Part shown: positions 63,869-64,000 of the stretch, in pieces
How positions within the stretch are numbered: the first letter of the stretch is position 1
How the letters are laid out: the number at the start of each line of letters is the position of its first letter
Origin: Kondoa subrosea
Lineage: Eukaryota
Direction: 5' to 3'
NCBI GenBank assembly: GCA_039545335.1
Contig: BCIN01000004.1
Span: 1,230,925 to 1,294,924, forward strand
DNA: 64,000 nt
The notes under the pieces: model-generated
Seen by the model: the letters and a program-made list of their open reading frames with translations, nothing else
Database searches by the model: none
What the model was told of the DNA's origin: nothing
Position numbers and translations under genes: made by a program

Positions 63869-64000
63869 AAAGGATAGACAGAGGATGTGCAGTATCATAA
63901 CATTTTGTATTACAACTTCACTATAAAACAGGCACATTGTTTCCTGCTTCTTGCCTTTGATGTTGTCCTAGTCCAGCTAGTAACCTCATATTCGACACAG

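Overview
Gene-dense eukaryotic DNA with many short introns (GT-AG, a few GC-AG, many micro-exons). It is clearly fungal (eEF3, Shr3, GtaA) and most likely a basidiomycete yeast-like species; the lineage is inferred. About 30 protein-coding genes can be reconstructed across the fragmented ORF track. They include ADK1, PAB2, SHR3, RPT5, an AN1 zinc finger, a CYP450, two amidases, MRPL31, an inositol 5-phosphatase, NDC1, glutaminase A, a family-16 methyltransferase, eEF3, a DHA1 MFS transporter, BAP31, PRP28, UBC9, NDUFA6 and several orphans. The most striking structure is a pair of ~1.4-kb inverted repeats (~42446-43860 and ~47951-49365). They enclose the promoter and 5' ~90% of eEF3. Each arm carries an intact eEF3 3' end and a small CxxC/HxxH gene, so inverting the ~4.1-kb core would rebuild a complete eEF3 in either orientation (candidate flip-flop locus). 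Other notable points: RPT5 and SHR3 are only 83 bp apart in tandem, and most of that gap looks like an intron (candidate bicistronic or fusion transcript). A frameshifted FAH-family relic lies inside a CYP/amidase cluster. A ~105-nt G homopolymer sits in a coding exon. Exon boundaries were read by eye and are approximate; no databases were searched.
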